From Mobula hypostoma (lineage: Eukaryota), in the NCBI RefSeq assembly GCF_963921235.1, contig NC_086097.1, forward strand, positions 22,198,001-22,262,000: a stretch of DNA of 64,000 nucleotides. Direction: 5' to 3'. A program made the position numbers and the translations under genes. The notes beneath the pieces are model-generated. The model had not been told where the DNA came from and made no database searches. It worked only from the letters and a program-made list of their open reading frames with translations. This document shows, in pieces, positions 63,748 to 64,000 of the stretch (position 1 is the stretch's first letter; every line of letters starts with the position of its first letter).

Positions 63748-64000
63748 ATTTAAAGTATAATTTTTTTCGAAAGTTCATTTACATAATGTGGGTGTGACTG
63801 CAAGAACATAATGTGCTGTTCACATTATGAAAAGGAAATAGAGATCGGAGAGGGTGGTTCTGGAAGTGTGAGGATTTAATTATCAAGAAGGGAGAAACAG
63901 ACTGGATCTCCTTGCACTTTAGAAGAGAAAACAGAAAAGTGATCTAAATAACACCTTTAAGATTATGGATGGGCTTGGTAAATGTAGCACACACACAACA

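Noticed and set aside
1..64000. Prokaryotic RT-based systems (retron, DGR, group II intron)
   Set aside because: All RT motifs belong to CR1, Rex1, L1, RTE, PLE or Gypsy in a vertebrate repeat landscape, with no operon structure.

Overview
This is eukaryotic, non-coding vertebrate DNA. The repeat mix (HER1/CR1-like LINEs, HE1-like tRNA SINEs, Rex1/Babar, Penelope-like elements) points to a cartilaginous fish, probably a ray; this is inferred from recognising the repeats, not from a search. Most of the 64 kb is nested, decayed transposon sequence: CR1, Rex1/Babar, L1/Tx1, RTE, Penelope-like elements (PLEs) of two clades, a Gypsy pol fragment, four TG..CA solo LTRs with 5-bp target site duplications (TSDs), a hAT transposase relic and several SINE families. 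Every ORF in the track that I can identify is transposon-derived, and I found no intact host CDS. The best host-gene signal is one candidate 186-nt + strand exon (40490-40675) that may carry uORFs and a start codon (MGNNRHS). The most notable hidden structures are: (1) a 2.55-kb inverted Neptune-type PLE insertion with an exact 14-bp TSD, a palindromic junction and a minimal hammerhead ribozyme motif in each arm, plus a miniature element with the same geometry; (2) dispersed hammerhead-bearing PLE tails; (3) a tRNA-Glu(CTC)-like Pol III cassette inside a solo LTR. None of these is shown to be a new system. Family names come from motif recognition and boundaries without a TSD are approximate.
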